This document shows, piece by piece, positions 18,396 to 27,561 of a DNA stretch of 42,765 bases. Below the pieces are notes generated by a model. The model ran no database searches and was not told where the DNA came from. It saw nothing but the letters and a program-made list of their open reading frames with translations. The stretch's first letter is position 1. Every line of letters begins with the position of its first letter. The DNA is from Escherichia phage K1ind2. Position numbers and translations under genes: made by a program. The stretch lies in the sequence record NC_041898.1; one strand, given 5' to 3'.

Positions 18396-18911
18396 ATGAG
18401 CCAAGAATCAGTAGAAGCAGCCTATCGCCGTAAGCTGGCCTCAAATCCCGACGGCGAGATGGACTACATCACGTTGCAAATCAGCCACCCGTTGCTGTCA
18501 AAGACGTATTATCTTGTGCGCGGGCTGCAGGAACTTACAGCAACACTGGAGACCGGCGAAACAATCACGTTCGAACCCACCCCGATGGAGGCGTCGGGGG
18601 CCGCTAACAACAGTGATATGGACCAGACGACGACGTTTACTCTACCGGATATTCTCAATCAACTGGACGATGAGATGGATAAAATCCCGATGAGCAATAC
18701 CGAGTTGCCGAAATTTGTCTTCCGCCGTTACGTCAGCACCGACCTGTCTTACCCGGCTGACGGCCCGGTCGTGTACGAGTTGCAGGCCATTAACCAGGAG
18801 AAGGGAGAGTTTTCTGCGGACGTCGGTACACCTATGCTGAACCAACGAAGCACTGGTATACTGATGACACCTAAAGAGATACCGTTATTACGCGGCCTGT
18901 TGACCACATGA
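18396..18911 (+). CDS. Minor tail protein (putative)
   Basis: 171 aa ORF in the post-tape-measure tail tip cluster. Confidence 0.45.
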   Translation: MSQESVEAAYRRKLASNPDGEMDYITLQISHPLLSKTYYLVRGLQELTATLETGETITFEPTPMEASGAANNSDMDQTTTFTLPDILNQLDDEMDKIPMSNTELPKFVFRRYVSTDLSYPADGPVVYELQAINQEKGEFSADVGTPMLNQRSTGILMTPKEIPLLRGLLTT

Positions 18912-19273
18912 ATATTAACGACTACACGGGCATACCTTACGACTTTCGCAAACGCAATTGCTGGCATCACGTGCGCATTGTCCGCGCGGATGCAGGGTTA
19001 GAAACCCCTGCGTTCGACGTTACAAGCCCTACGGCAATTAACGAAGCGTTTGACGAAGGCCACCGTGACACGAAGGGGCTTACAAAAATTGATAAGCCTG
19101 AAAACTTCTGCGCGGTGCTTATGGGTTATCGCCGCGGGGGTCGTATCGTGTGGCATGCGGGAGTTTACTTCGACGGGATGGTGAGTCATTGCGAGCTTGC
19201 ATCCCGCCAGGTACGGCTTGACAGGCTGGCGGACCTCAGAGACACGTACACGGAGATTGAATTTTGGCGATAA
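18908..19273 (+). CDS. Tail assembly protein (lambda K-like, putative)
   Basis: 121 aa; conserved Cys/His (NCWHHV...H) compatible with an NlpC/P60-type fold; position upstream of the J-like gene. Confidence 0.45.
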   Translation: MNINDYTGIPYDFRKRNCWHHVRIVRADAGLETPAFDVTSPTAINEAFDEGHRDTKGLTKIDKPENFCAVLMGYRRGGRIVWHAGVYFDGMVSHCELASRQVRLDRLADLRDTYTEIEFWR

Positions 19274-21819
19274 TCCTGCACTACTCGCGAAACGCTGATG
19301 GCGCTTTCGACCGTACAAAACACGTCGGGATGCCGATGGAGTTTGTTGTTAGCCGTATTCCGGACGGCGTGCCGGTGCGCGTCTACCTCGGCGAGATTGG
19401 CGATGATACTGATGTAACCGACGACTTCGATGCGCTTAAAGACGAAGACGCCGTGTACCACATTATTGAGGGAGCTGGTAGCGGGGCGCTTGGCGCCGTT
19501 AGTAAGGTGTTTGGTTTTATCCTTAAGCCAATCGCTAAGTTGTTCGGCCTGAACATGTCTGCAAACGCCAACTACACGGCGACTAATAACCAGACAACAT
19601 CGCCAAATAACAGCCTTACCGACCGCTCAAACAAGCCGCGTCCTTACGAGCGCTCTTATGACATCTGCGGGACTGTACAGACAATCCCTAACGACCTTAT
19701 GCAGACGTATAAGGCGTTCAACTCCACGGGTGCTTTGCTGGAGTATTCGTATTATGACGCTGGGCGCGGGCATCTGCATATCGAGGCTGATGGCGTCACA
19801 GAGGGCGACACCCTGATAAGCGACATCACAGGTTCCTCTGTTGCCATATACGCGCCGTATACGTCACCGAACAACACCACATCTCCGCAACTACAAATCG
19901 GCGACATCATTGACCAGAAACTCTATGTGACATACTCCAACGACGACGTTGACGGTATTGTACTAAAAGCGCCAAACGACATTGGGGCCAACCCAAGCGC
20001 TGATGGTACCGCAAAACGTATTTCAAACACCGGCTACATCTATGACCCGTCAGGGGACTCTGCTTTTTCTGAGTTTCTTAGCGTCGGTGATGTGGCAGTG
20101 CTGAGCAACTTTGACGTTGCTGATGTCACTAACCTGAACGGCTCGTTTGAGGTTTTATACGTCGACGACTTCGAAGTAAGATTAGCGGTAAACGGTGCGT
20201 CTAACTGGGCGGCGTTGACCAGCGGGCAGACGTACACGTTAACAGAGCGTTCAGATACGTTTATGGGCCCGAGCAACACCTATGACGTATCCCTTACCGA
20301 CTGGTATTACATGGTGCGCGGAGAAGTTGACCGAGTACTTGCTAACGTTGCCGGGCAGAACGGCCTCTACAAATACGACGGCGGCTATAATCGCACCAGC
20401 GTAACGGTAGAACTCCAGTACCAGATGATTGACTCTCGGCGCAACCCATTGAGCGATATTTACACAGTACAGGCTACAATTACCGGTAATAGCACGGATT
20501 ACGTCGGTACGTCTATCTACGGGCAATTGCCTACTGCATCGCGTTTCCGCGCCCGTATGCGCCGTATAACGAATTTTGATAAGGACTACAACGGTACAGT
20601 AAGCGACGAGATAACCTTCATCAACCTGTACGGGCAGTCGCTGGACACAACCCCACACTACGGCAACCGAACTACCGTGCATTGCGCACGTAAACAGACG
20701 CCGCGTGCCGCCAGTATCGACAACCCAGAACTGCGCATGATTGCGACCGAGATGTGCTACAAATATCTGGGTAATGGGGTATTCGACCCAGTAATGACGC
20801 CTAATACACAGGCGGTGCAGTCGCTAATCAGACTGGCGCGTGACCCGGCGGTTGGTAATCTGGAGCTGACAACGGCAAACATGGACAAGTTACTCGCCGT
20901 GCAGGAAGAGATTGAATCTTATTTTGGCAGCGAATTAGCCGGGCAATTCTGCTACACGTTCGACGACTACGACACCACGATGCAGGACATCGTTCAGACT
21001 ATAGCGGAAGCCGTGTTCTGTACTGCGTACCGTAAAGGCGCGGATATCATGCTGCGATTCGACCGTCCGGTTGCGGGGCCTGAAATGGTGTTCACCCACC
21101 GCAGCAAAACTACCGGTACAGAGAAATGGACCCGCACGTTCAACGATTCGACAACCTACGATAGCCTGTCGTTCTCGTACATCGACCCGGATACTAATGT
21201 ACAGGAAACGATTTATATCCCGGAAGAACTCGGCGCAAATACTGAGGAATACGAATCTAAGGGCGTGCGCAATTATCAGCAAGCGTACTGGCTGGCGTGG
21301 CGTCGCTACCAGCGCAATGCGTTAAGTAAAGTTGTCGTAGAGTTCGAAGCTACCGAAGAGGGGGCACTAGCTACACCGGGCGGCGTAATCAGTGTCGTTA
21401 AAGGCTCGCGTATCGCCCCGCAGGATGGCTATGTTGTTGCCGTTAATGGGCTTACGCTGACGCTGTCGCAGCCTGTTACGTTTACCGCGGGCGATGACCA
21501 CTCCATCATCCTCAAGAAGCGCGACGGCTCTGTACAGAGTATCTCTGTGGTCGAAGGAAGCCACGACCGCGAGGTGATTATGCTATCGGCGCCGGAGGAA
21601 GCAATCTACACGGGGAATAGCGCGCTAAAAACTGAGTTTTCATTCGGCAACGAAGCAAGGCATAATGCACAGAAGATAGTTGTTTCTTCAATCGACCCTG
21701 GCGACGACCGCACGGTCAAGATTACTGGCTACAACTATGACGACGGATTCTACAAATACGACGGCGTCGCGCCATACGGCAGCGGTTTCTCCGACGGATT
21801 CAGCAATGGTTTTAATTAA
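19264..21819 (+). CDS. Tail tip / central tail fiber protein (host specificity J-like, putative)
   Basis: 851 aa ORF (track start is TTG at 19264; ATG at 19330 is an alternative); largest tail gene after the tape measure. Confidence 0.55.
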   Translation: MAIILHYSRNADGAFDRTKHVGMPMEFVVSRIPDGVPVRVYLGEIGDDTDVTDDFDALKDEDAVYHIIEGAGSGALGAVSKVFGFILKPIAKLFGLNMSANANYTATNNQTTSPNNSLTDRSNKPRPYERSYDICGTVQTIPNDLMQTYKAFNSTGALLEYSYYDAGRGHLHIEADGVTEGDTLISDITGSSVAIYAPYTSPNNTTSPQLQIGDIIDQKLYVTYSNDDVDGIVLKAPNDIGANPSADGTAKRISNTGYIYDPSGDSAFSEFLSVGDVAVLSNFDVADVTNLNGSFEVLYVDDFEVRLAVNGASNWAALTSGQTYTLTERSDTFMGPSNTYDVSLTDWYYMVRGEVDRVLANVAGQNGLYKYDGGYNRTSVTVELQYQMIDSRRNPLSDIYTVQATITGNSTDYVGTSIYGQLPTASRFRARMRRITNFDKDYNGTVSDEITFINLYGQSLDTTPHYGNRTTVHCARKQTPRAASIDNPELRMIATEMCYKYLGNGVFDPVMTPNTQAVQSLIRLARDPAVGNLELTTANMDKLLAVQEEIESYFGSELAGQFCYTFDDYDTTMQDIVQTIAEAVFCTAYRKGADIMLRFDRPVAGPEMVFTHRSKTTGTEKWTRTFNDSTTYDSLSFSYIDPDTNVQETIYIPEELGANTEEYESKGVRNYQQAYWLAWRRYQRNALSKVVVEFEATEEGALATPGGVISVVKGSRIAPQDGYVVAVNGLTLTLSQPVTFTAGDDHSIILKKRDGSVQSISVVEGSHDREVIMLSAPEEAIYTGNSALKTEFSFGNEARHNAQKIVVSSIDPGDDRTVKITGYNYDDGFYKYDGVAPYGSGFSDGFSNGFN

Positions 21820-21831
21820 AGAGGACTCTAT

Positions 21832-23997
21832 ATGTCAAGCGGATGCGGTGACGTTTTAAGCCTGGCGGATTTACAGACCGCCAAGAAACACCAGATTTTC
21901 GAAGCTGAGGTTATTACCGGTAAATCCGGCGGGGTTGTTGGTGGTGCCGATATTGATTACGCGACCAATCAGGTTACAGGGCAGACGCAGAAGACACTCC
22001 CTGCGGTTCTTAAAAGCATTGGTTTTGCCGTGGCTGATTTTAATTTCGATTCTGGAGGTACTCTTGCATCTGGGGACGAGAACAAGATAGTACTCTGGCC
22101 GTTGCCGGGGGGCGATGGTCAGTACTACTCCTGGACTGGTGCGTATCCTAAGATTGTTCCCGCATCCTCGTCCCCGACAACAGGATGGAAACTTATAGAC
22201 GGCTCTGCATTACGAATCGACCTGTCAGAATTTAGTGGGGCTTCTCTGGTTGGGTACTCTTACGACGGTAGCCTAAGCACCACAAAAAGAACGGTTGCTG
22301 ATAAATTAGATGATATGGTCAGCCTGTGGGATTTTCATTGTGACTCATCCGGGGATGTAATTCAGCCTGGGGTTAGCGTTGACAGTCGTCAGTATCTGCA
22401 AGCAGCTATAGACTACCTTAACGCAAACGGCGGTGGCACACTACATATACCGGAAGGTACATGGTATCTGAATAGCGTTAGCACAGGACCTGTATCGGGT
22501 CATAGTGGCCTAATACAATTGAAAAGCAATGTAAGTATTAAGCTAGACGGTACTATTAAAGTAGGGTCTGCTTTGGCCTCCTCGTCATTTCAGGTGTTTG
22601 TAGGATTTGATAATGGCGACCCCGCAAGCTCCGGTAATCTCAATAATTGCCATATTTACGGCAACGGTACGATAGACTTTGGTGGTTATGACTTTGGGGC
22701 GACATCACAGTTACGCAACGGTATCGCTTTTGGTCGCAGCTACAACTGCTCAGTAACCGGTATTACTTTCCAGAACGGTGATGTTACTTGGGGTGTTACC
22801 CTTGGCTGGAATGGGTATGGGTCTGATTGCAAGGTATCTAACTGTAAGTTTATTAATTTGATACAGAGTGCTAACAACGCGGACCACAGTACCGTATATG
22901 TTAACTGTCCTTTCAGTGGTGTAGATAACTGCATATTCCGTGCGGTGAGTTCAAGGGCGCAAGTTATAGCGTGTTCAGTGGAGCTACACCAACATGATAC
23001 CTGGTACAGAGATTCAATTATCTCCGGATACACACGCGGCTGTTATGTGGCTCTGCATGGGGCAGAATCCGCAGGAGCGGGTACATACCTGTACAATGCT
23101 GTTGTGTCAGGGGTAATTGGTGATATTTCCGGGCAAGCAGTAATTTTAGCCGCGGGTCCGGATTCAACAGCCACCACCCACATTAACGGTGTGTCTATCG
23201 AGAACTGTAGATTTACCGCCGGTAGTCAGGCGGGTATGTGCAGCTTCATAGACTTCTTCCAAGATAGTAACTCGAACTCTAGCCAGTACCTCATTAACCA
23301 TGTAACGGTTAAAGGGTGCAGCTTCATTGTAGACCGTAGCCGGTCTCTGTCTGCGGCAATAACCTTAAACGGTAGTATCCAGGGCATTATTTTTCAGAAT
23401 AATTTCTTTGATGTTAAGCAGGCAATGGTGTCGGAACTGCCTGATGGTCGTACCGTACAATTGAAGAGGTTCAACTGGGATAGCAGTAACATCATTGGCG
23501 ACGATAATACCGGAACCCGTACCGCATTAAATCTGTTTGAGACTCTTCGCGTTTCGAGCATGACAAGATGTAATATAAGTATTCGTATGCGGCATCCAAG
23601 TTCGGAACTGTATAGCTTCATGTATTTCAGGCCGAATGCTACAACATTCAGCGACTGTACCTTTGAGGTATTGCCATATAATTGGTCTTGCACATCCGGT
23701 AATCCTATATTTTTTGACAGTACAGGCGCCCCGGCGTCTGGAATGCGCGTCAGGTTTCCTAAACAAATTTCGTTCACATTGTCAGCCGGGAGTAACGCCC
23801 AACGTGCAACGGGTGGTTCTTCGTACTCTTGGGTGGCCCGGGCGGACGCTCTTGACCGTCGCGGTATTTCTGGACAATTTGATGCCCCTTCATCGTATGC
23901 GGGATCGAGTAACGGGCAGTTGGTAGGTCTAGGCTGGCAGCTTGACGGCGTACAACATACGTATGACCATAACGTTCTTTTGCAAAGTTTTACCTGA
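21832..23997 (+). CDS. Tailspike / receptor-binding depolymerase with parallel beta-helix
   Basis: 721 aa; repeated beta-helix rung signatures (NCHIYGNGTIDFGG, NCSVTGITFQNG, NCKFINL, NCIFRAV, NCRFTAG, GCSFIVD), as in pectate-lyase-like phage depolymerases; last gene of the structural operon. Confidence 0.7.
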   Translation: MSSGCGDVLSLADLQTAKKHQIFEAEVITGKSGGVVGGADIDYATNQVTGQTQKTLPAVLKSIGFAVADFNFDSGGTLASGDENKIVLWPLPGGDGQYYSWTGAYPKIVPASSSPTTGWKLIDGSALRIDLSEFSGASLVGYSYDGSLSTTKRTVADKLDDMVSLWDFHCDSSGDVIQPGVSVDSRQYLQAAIDYLNANGGGTLHIPEGTWYLNSVSTGPVSGHSGLIQLKSNVSIKLDGTIKVGSALASSSFQVFVGFDNGDPASSGNLNNCHIYGNGTIDFGGYDFGATSQLRNGIAFGRSYNCSVTGITFQNGDVTWGVTLGWNGYGSDCKVSNCKFINLIQSANNADHSTVYVNCPFSGVDNCIFRAVSSRAQVIACSVELHQHDTWYRDSIISGYTRGCYVALHGAESAGAGTYLYNAVVSGVIGDISGQAVILAAGPDSTATTHINGVSIENCRFTAGSQAGMCSFIDFFQDSNSNSSQYLINHVTVKGCSFIVDRSRSLSAAITLNGSIQGIIFQNNFFDVKQAMVSELPDGRTVQLKRFNWDSSNIIGDDNTGTRTALNLFETLRVSSMTRCNISIRMRHPSSELYSFMYFRPNATTFSDCTFEVLPYNWSCTSGNPIFFDSTGAPASGMRVRFPKQISFTLSAGSNAQRATGGSSYSWVARADALDRRGISGQFDAPSSYAGSSNGQLVGLGWQLDGVQHTYDHNVLLQSFT

Positions 23998-24007
23998 CAA
24001 ATAAAAC

Positions 24008-24031
24008 TAAGGCCCCAAACGGGGCCTTTTC
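24008..24031. terminator. Bidirectional terminator between tailspike and minus-strand replication module
   Basis: aaggcccc-aaacg-gggcctt hairpin with flanking T-runs; near copy of the terminator at 11358-11380. Confidence 0.65.
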
Positions 24032-24032
24032 T

Positions 24033-24170
24033 CTACTCTTCTGATAACTTCTCCAGTACAAACGCCAGTTGCGCATTAGCAGCGTCTCTTTGCTGCCGTA
24101 GTCGTAGAACCTCTTCCTCGAGTTCCTTGATACGTTTTTGCAATGCTGGAATGGGGGCTATGATGTTCAT
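24033..24170 (-). CDS. Small hypothetical coiled-coil protein (45 aa)
   Basis: Hand-found ORF below the track threshold; ATG overlaps stop of upstream ORF (ATGA); heptad-like ELEEEVLRLRQQ sequence. Confidence 0.3.
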   Translation of the reverse strand: MNIIAPIPALQKRIKELEEEVLRLRQQRDAANAQLAFVLEKLSEE

Positions 24171-24352
24171 TTCTTACCTTCGCTTTTCTTGAAACTGCGC
24201 TTTATATCCGGCAGCGTGTAGCACCGTGATTTTTCGTATTTACCGTCCGAGCTTACCAAAACAAAGCTGTTGCCGTCTTTTGATATGTACTCGATGGCGA
24301 AAATATTAAATGAATGTACGCTGTATATTTCATCGCCAACATTAAGTTTCAT
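24167..24352 (-). CDS. Hypothetical protein
   Basis: 61 aa; ATGA overlap with helicase stop. Confidence 0.4.
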   Translation of the reverse strand: MKLNVGDEIYSVHSFNIFAIEYISKDGNSFVLVSSDGKYEKSRCYTLPDIKRSFKKSEGKK

Positions 24353-25773
24353 TTCTTACCTCGTCTCTTCATGTAATTAAGCAATTCTTCCTGGACCGAT
24401 TTTTTCTCGTCGGTGCGCGCGGCAACAACCTCGTCCAGCGTGTCTTTAGCAACGATGTGATACAGGAACACCGGTCGCTCGTGCCCCGCCTGTTTCTGGC
24501 GGACCGGGCCTATTCGCTCGACAACCTGCAAATAGTGTTCAAGATTCCAGCCTTGCGAAATAAACGCCAGATGATGCCCGCCGTCCTGTAAATTCAAACC
24601 ATGCCCGGCTGACGCAGGATGCACGCATAAGATTTCGATTTCCCCGCGGTTCCACGCTTCCATCTGCTTATTGCCCTTAGCGCCTTTGGCGAACGCCTGT
24701 GCTTGTGGGAATCGCTTAAGGATACGCTCCAGTTCGTGCTTAAACTGATAGGCTACCAGTAACGGTGCGCCCTGTAACTCCTCAACAATGGACTCAAGCG
24801 CATCCAGTTTCGTATCGTGCACTTTCTCCCAGTCTTTCGTTGCTTCGCCGTCTGGCCCGGATACATACACGGCACCGGATGCAATCTGCAGGCACTTCGA
24901 CGTCTTCGCAGCAGCGTTAGCCGCTTCAACTTCCCCGCTCTCCAGTTCCGCGAATAACTTTTCCTCCATATCGATGTACGCCTGACGCGCCTTCTTCGGC
25001 AGGTCGATTTCAACCGGTACAATAATCGGCGCTTCGCAACCAAACCACTCGGCGGCGTCAATCGTGAGACTAATGTCTTTCATCTTCTGATGAATCTCAT
25101 TATCCGCACCCGGTCGTGCGTGATACTCCCGCGCCATCGCGGATTTCCCTTTCTGTACCGAGTTAAACCAGCGGTCTGTGAATGCCGTGTACGAAGAACC
25201 AAGGCGCTCGCCAGCGTCGATAAACCAGTTCTGCCCCCACAAGTCCTTGAGGCCGTTCGGCGACGGTGTGCCTGTCAGGTTAATGAAACGCTTAACCTTT
25301 CCGAACGCCACTTTGCTTAGCGCCTTAGCCCGTTTGCTTCCTCCAGAACGGCTACGGAAAGATTTCAGCTTCGTGCTCTCATCAGCAACGATAACCGTAA
25401 AAGGCCAGTCGTCTTTGCCGTAGTAGTCAATCAGCCACTCGATAACTTCGTAGTTTGTGCACACCACGTTAGCATCTGACTCCAGCGCCGCGATACGGCG
25501 CTTCTCTGAACCGGTTGCGTCTACGACACTCAGACAGGGGAAGTTCCAACGTGCCTGTTCCGCGGGCCACGTACCTGACGCAACACGTAAAGGAGCCAGA
25601 ATTAACACTCGGTCGTCGTCATTAAGTTGCCCATTACGGAACAGTCGATTGAGAACCCACAACGTTGACCCCGACTTACCGCTGCCCATGCTCGCCCAGA
25701 TATTGCAGCGATGGTGCCGCAGCATGAACGAAGTCATGAGCTTCTGGTATTCGCGCCTTTGAAACTTACTCAT
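24349..25773 (-). CDS. SNF2-family (superfamily 2) DNA helicase
   Basis: 474 aa; Walker A ASMGSGKSGST; DEST-type Walker B (VIVADESTKLK); C-terminal helicase domain motifs. Confidence 0.8.
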   Translation of the reverse strand: MSKFQRREYQKLMTSFMLRHHRCNIWASMGSGKSGSTLWVLNRLFRNGQLNDDDRVLILAPLRVASGTWPAEQARWNFPCLSVVDATGSEKRRIAALESDANVVCTNYEVIEWLIDYYGKDDWPFTVIVADESTKLKSFRSRSGGSKRAKALSKVAFGKVKRFINLTGTPSPNGLKDLWGQNWFIDAGERLGSSYTAFTDRWFNSVQKGKSAMAREYHARPGADNEIHQKMKDISLTIDAAEWFGCEAPIIVPVEIDLPKKARQAYIDMEEKLFAELESGEVEAANAAAKTSKCLQIASGAVYVSGPDGEATKDWEKVHDTKLDALESIVEELQGAPLLVAYQFKHELERILKRFPQAQAFAKGAKGNKQMEAWNRGEIEILCVHPASAGHGLNLQDGGHHLAFISQGWNLEHYLQVVERIGPVRQKQAGHERPVFLYHIVAKDTLDEVVAARTDEKKSVQEELLNYMKRRGKK

Positions 25774-26695
25774 TTACCGCCCCCATGAATGCCTTTATAA
25801 ATTCAGCGGCTACTTGCGGGACGATGGCATTGCCATAACCGCGCAATCGTCCCACTCTGGCGGGTATCCCATTAGCCAGCGGGAATGTGCCGGGTTCAAC
25901 TGGCCTGAATTTTCCATCACGGCATCCGAGCCAGTCAGTATCTGACCAGAAGCCGTGATGCGGATTGGTTGTGTTATTTTCAGACCCTGCTCCGTCGAGT
26001 AGTCCAGCCTGTCGAATGTCCTGTCCTTCCCGTCCTTGCGAATCACTGTCTCTCCGCTCCCCCTGTAGTCGTTCGCTGTCGGTGTAGGCCAAGCCGCCAT
26101 CGCAGCGGCCCATCCCAGTTTGTTCGGTTTCGTCCTGCCGTCTGTGCTGCGCATGTTCACGTCGTTTGTTATCAGTGATACCGCCGGTGTGGGCCAGTCT
26201 GTGAGCGCCGAAGAACAGTCTGTCGCGTTTGTGCGGTGCGCCGACGCTACAAGCTGGGAGTACGGCAAACCCGACGGCGTAGTCTTCTCCTTCCAGGTGA
26301 GTTTGTAAATCGCACATCCACGATTTTGCAATTGCTGGCGCAACCTGCTCCCCAAAGAGGACTGGAGGTCGGCACTCGCTGATAAGGTCGAGGAACACAG
26401 GTGCGAGGTGTCTCGGGTCGAACTGTCCGAGTTGCTTTCCCGCCGCGCTAAACGGTTGGCAAGGCGGGCTTCCCGTCCAGAGAGGCGCATCTTCCGGAAC
26501 TCCCGCAAGTCTGAGCGCGAGAGGCCAGCCGCCGATACCCGCGAAAAAATGACACTGGGTGAACCCGTCAAGGTCTTCTGGCTTAACTTCGGTAATGCTT
26601 CTTTCATCTACAACTCCAAAAGGTATGTGACCCTGTTTTATCAACTCACGCAGCCACGCGGCTGCGCCTTTATCCCATTCATTGTAATAGTTCAT
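25766..26695 (-). CDS. DNA cytosine-C5 methyltransferase-like protein (frame anomaly in middle)
   Basis: 309 aa; motif I FAGIGG, motif IV GSPPCQPFSAAGK, ENV-like FGEQV, motif VIII APHKRDRLFFG, C-terminal motif X GNAIVPQVAA. Central 100 aa are low-complexity, while an overlapping same-strand ORF (25810-26607) reads a protein-like segment ending in a motif IX-like LNPAHSRWLMGYP. Confidence 0.65.
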   Translation of the reverse strand: MNYYNEWDKGAAAWLRELIKQGHIPFGVVDERSITEVKPEDLDGFTQCHFFAGIGGWPLALRLAGVPEDAPLWTGSPPCQPFSAAGKQLGQFDPRHLAPVFLDLISECRPPVLFGEQVAPAIAKSWMCDLQTHLEGEDYAVGFAVLPACSVGAPHKRDRLFFGAHRLAHTGGITDNKRREHAQHRRQDETEQTGMGRCDGGLAYTDSERLQGERRDSDSQGREGQDIRQAGLLDGAGSENNTTNPHHGFWSDTDWLGCRDGKFRPVEPGTFPLANGIPARVGRLRGYGNAIVPQVAAEFIKAFMGAVNE

Positions 26696-26883
26696 TTCGC
26701 CACCAGAACTAACTCTTTACGCCCGAACGCCGTAACGTTACCGGTTACATCTTCGATAACCAGTTTACCGTTCGACTCGACGAACACCGTATCAACGGCA
26801 ACAGGTTGACGTGTCTTAACGTTGAAAATCATGTCACCCGGTACGATGTCACGTGCTGGTTTGCGGTCATATTCGTGTTTCAT
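26692..26883 (-). CDS. Hypothetical protein
   Basis: 63 aa; first gene downstream of minus-strand promoter copy at 26917-26945. Confidence 0.4.
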   Translation of the reverse strand: MKHEYDRKPARDIVPGDMIFNVKTRQPVAVDTVFVESNGKLVIEDVTGNVTAFGRKELVLVAK

Positions 26884-26913
26884 TTCTCAATTCCTTATAT
26901 TGTTGGTGTAGGA

Positions 26914-27198
26914 CTAACTATAATAGCTAGCTATTAGGTCGTCAACCTGTTTAAACGAACCAACGACAAAAACATTCGCACCACGTTTACGCATCCGCTC
27001 ATGTTCCCGTAGCTGGTGCGGGTCTGGCTTCGTGTTCTCGTCTTTCTTAACCTCGACGAACCAGACTATGCCGCCGGGGAGAATTACCAGCAGGTCTGGG
27101 GCGCCGGAACGCCCCTCGTAGGAGAGTTTGCGAACGAGGCCGCCAAGGGCCTCGAATCGGTCTTTTGCGTATTTCTGTACGCGGCCCTCTTTAGTCAT
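26914..27198 (-). CDS. VRR-NUC domain nuclease (PD-(D/E)xK)
   Basis: ORF track 26914-27213; ATG at 27198 (ATGA overlap with upstream small ORF) preferred. Motif GAPDLLVILPGGIVWFVEVKK matches the D...E-x-K core of VRR-NUC proteins. Confidence 0.6.
   Translation of the reverse strand: MTKEGRVQKYAKDRFEALGGLVRKLSYEGRSGAPDLLVILPGGIVWFVEVKKDENTKPDPHQLREHERMRKRGANVFVVGSFKQVDDLIASYYS
26917..26945 (-). promoter_or_regulatory. Sigma70-type promoter (TTGACG-N17-TATAGT), copy 1 of 3
   Basis: Minus-strand -35 TTGACG (plus 26940-26945), 17-nt spacer, -10 TATAGT (plus 26917-26922); about 31-bp element conserved with 30471-30499 and 32569-32597. Confidence 0.6.
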
Positions 27199-27347
27199 GA
27201 GCGTAGATCCCAAGTAAGGAAAGCCCCTCCTAGAACGGCGACACCGACAAACTTAAAGAACAGGCCGTAACAGAACATCGCGGCTATTCCCGCACCGAGT
27301 AACAGCGCGAGCATGGTTACTATCGTCCAAAATACAAACATTGTCAT
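27195..27347 (-). CDS. Small membrane peptide (50 aa)
   Basis: Hand-found; hydrophobic (FVFWTIVTMLALLLGAGIAAMFCYGLFF); ATGA overlaps at both ends. Confidence 0.3.
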   Translation of the reverse strand: MTMFVFWTIVTMLALLLGAGIAAMFCYGLFFKFVGVAVLGGAFLTWDLRS

Positions 27348-27433
27348 AACACGCACCCCTCCCGTTTTGTATGCTCAATACCGCAGCGCGGGCAGATTCG
27401 GCAGTCTTCTTCATAGAACCAGTAAATTTTCAT
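27344..27433 (-). CDS. Small Cys-rich peptide (29 aa)
   Basis: Hand-found; DCRICPRCG...EGC; ATGA overlaps on both sides. Very short, so weak. Confidence 0.2.
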   Translation of the reverse strand: MKIYWFYEEDCRICPRCGIEHTKREGCVL

Positions 27434-27561
27434 TCCAGCACCCACAGATAAATTGCAACTAACATACACAATACGGCGACCATCATGCCGTATTGCCCCT
27501 CATGACAGTAGACACCCGCGGCGAATCCCGCCAGTACCGCGATAATCAGTTTACTTAGCAT
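27430..27561 (-). CDS. Small membrane peptide (43 aa)
   Basis: Hand-found; hydrophobic; ATG overlaps the 3' end of the DNA polymerase gene. Confidence 0.3.
   Translation of the reverse strand: MLSKLIIAVLAGFAAGVYCHEGQYGMMVAVLCMLVAIYLWVLE

Noticed and set aside
24753-25061. 102-aa same-strand overlapping ORF inside the helicase gene
   Set aside because: Arginine-rich, low-complexity translation typical of an out-of-frame read; unlike the methyltransferase case there is no motif-level evidence that it is coding.
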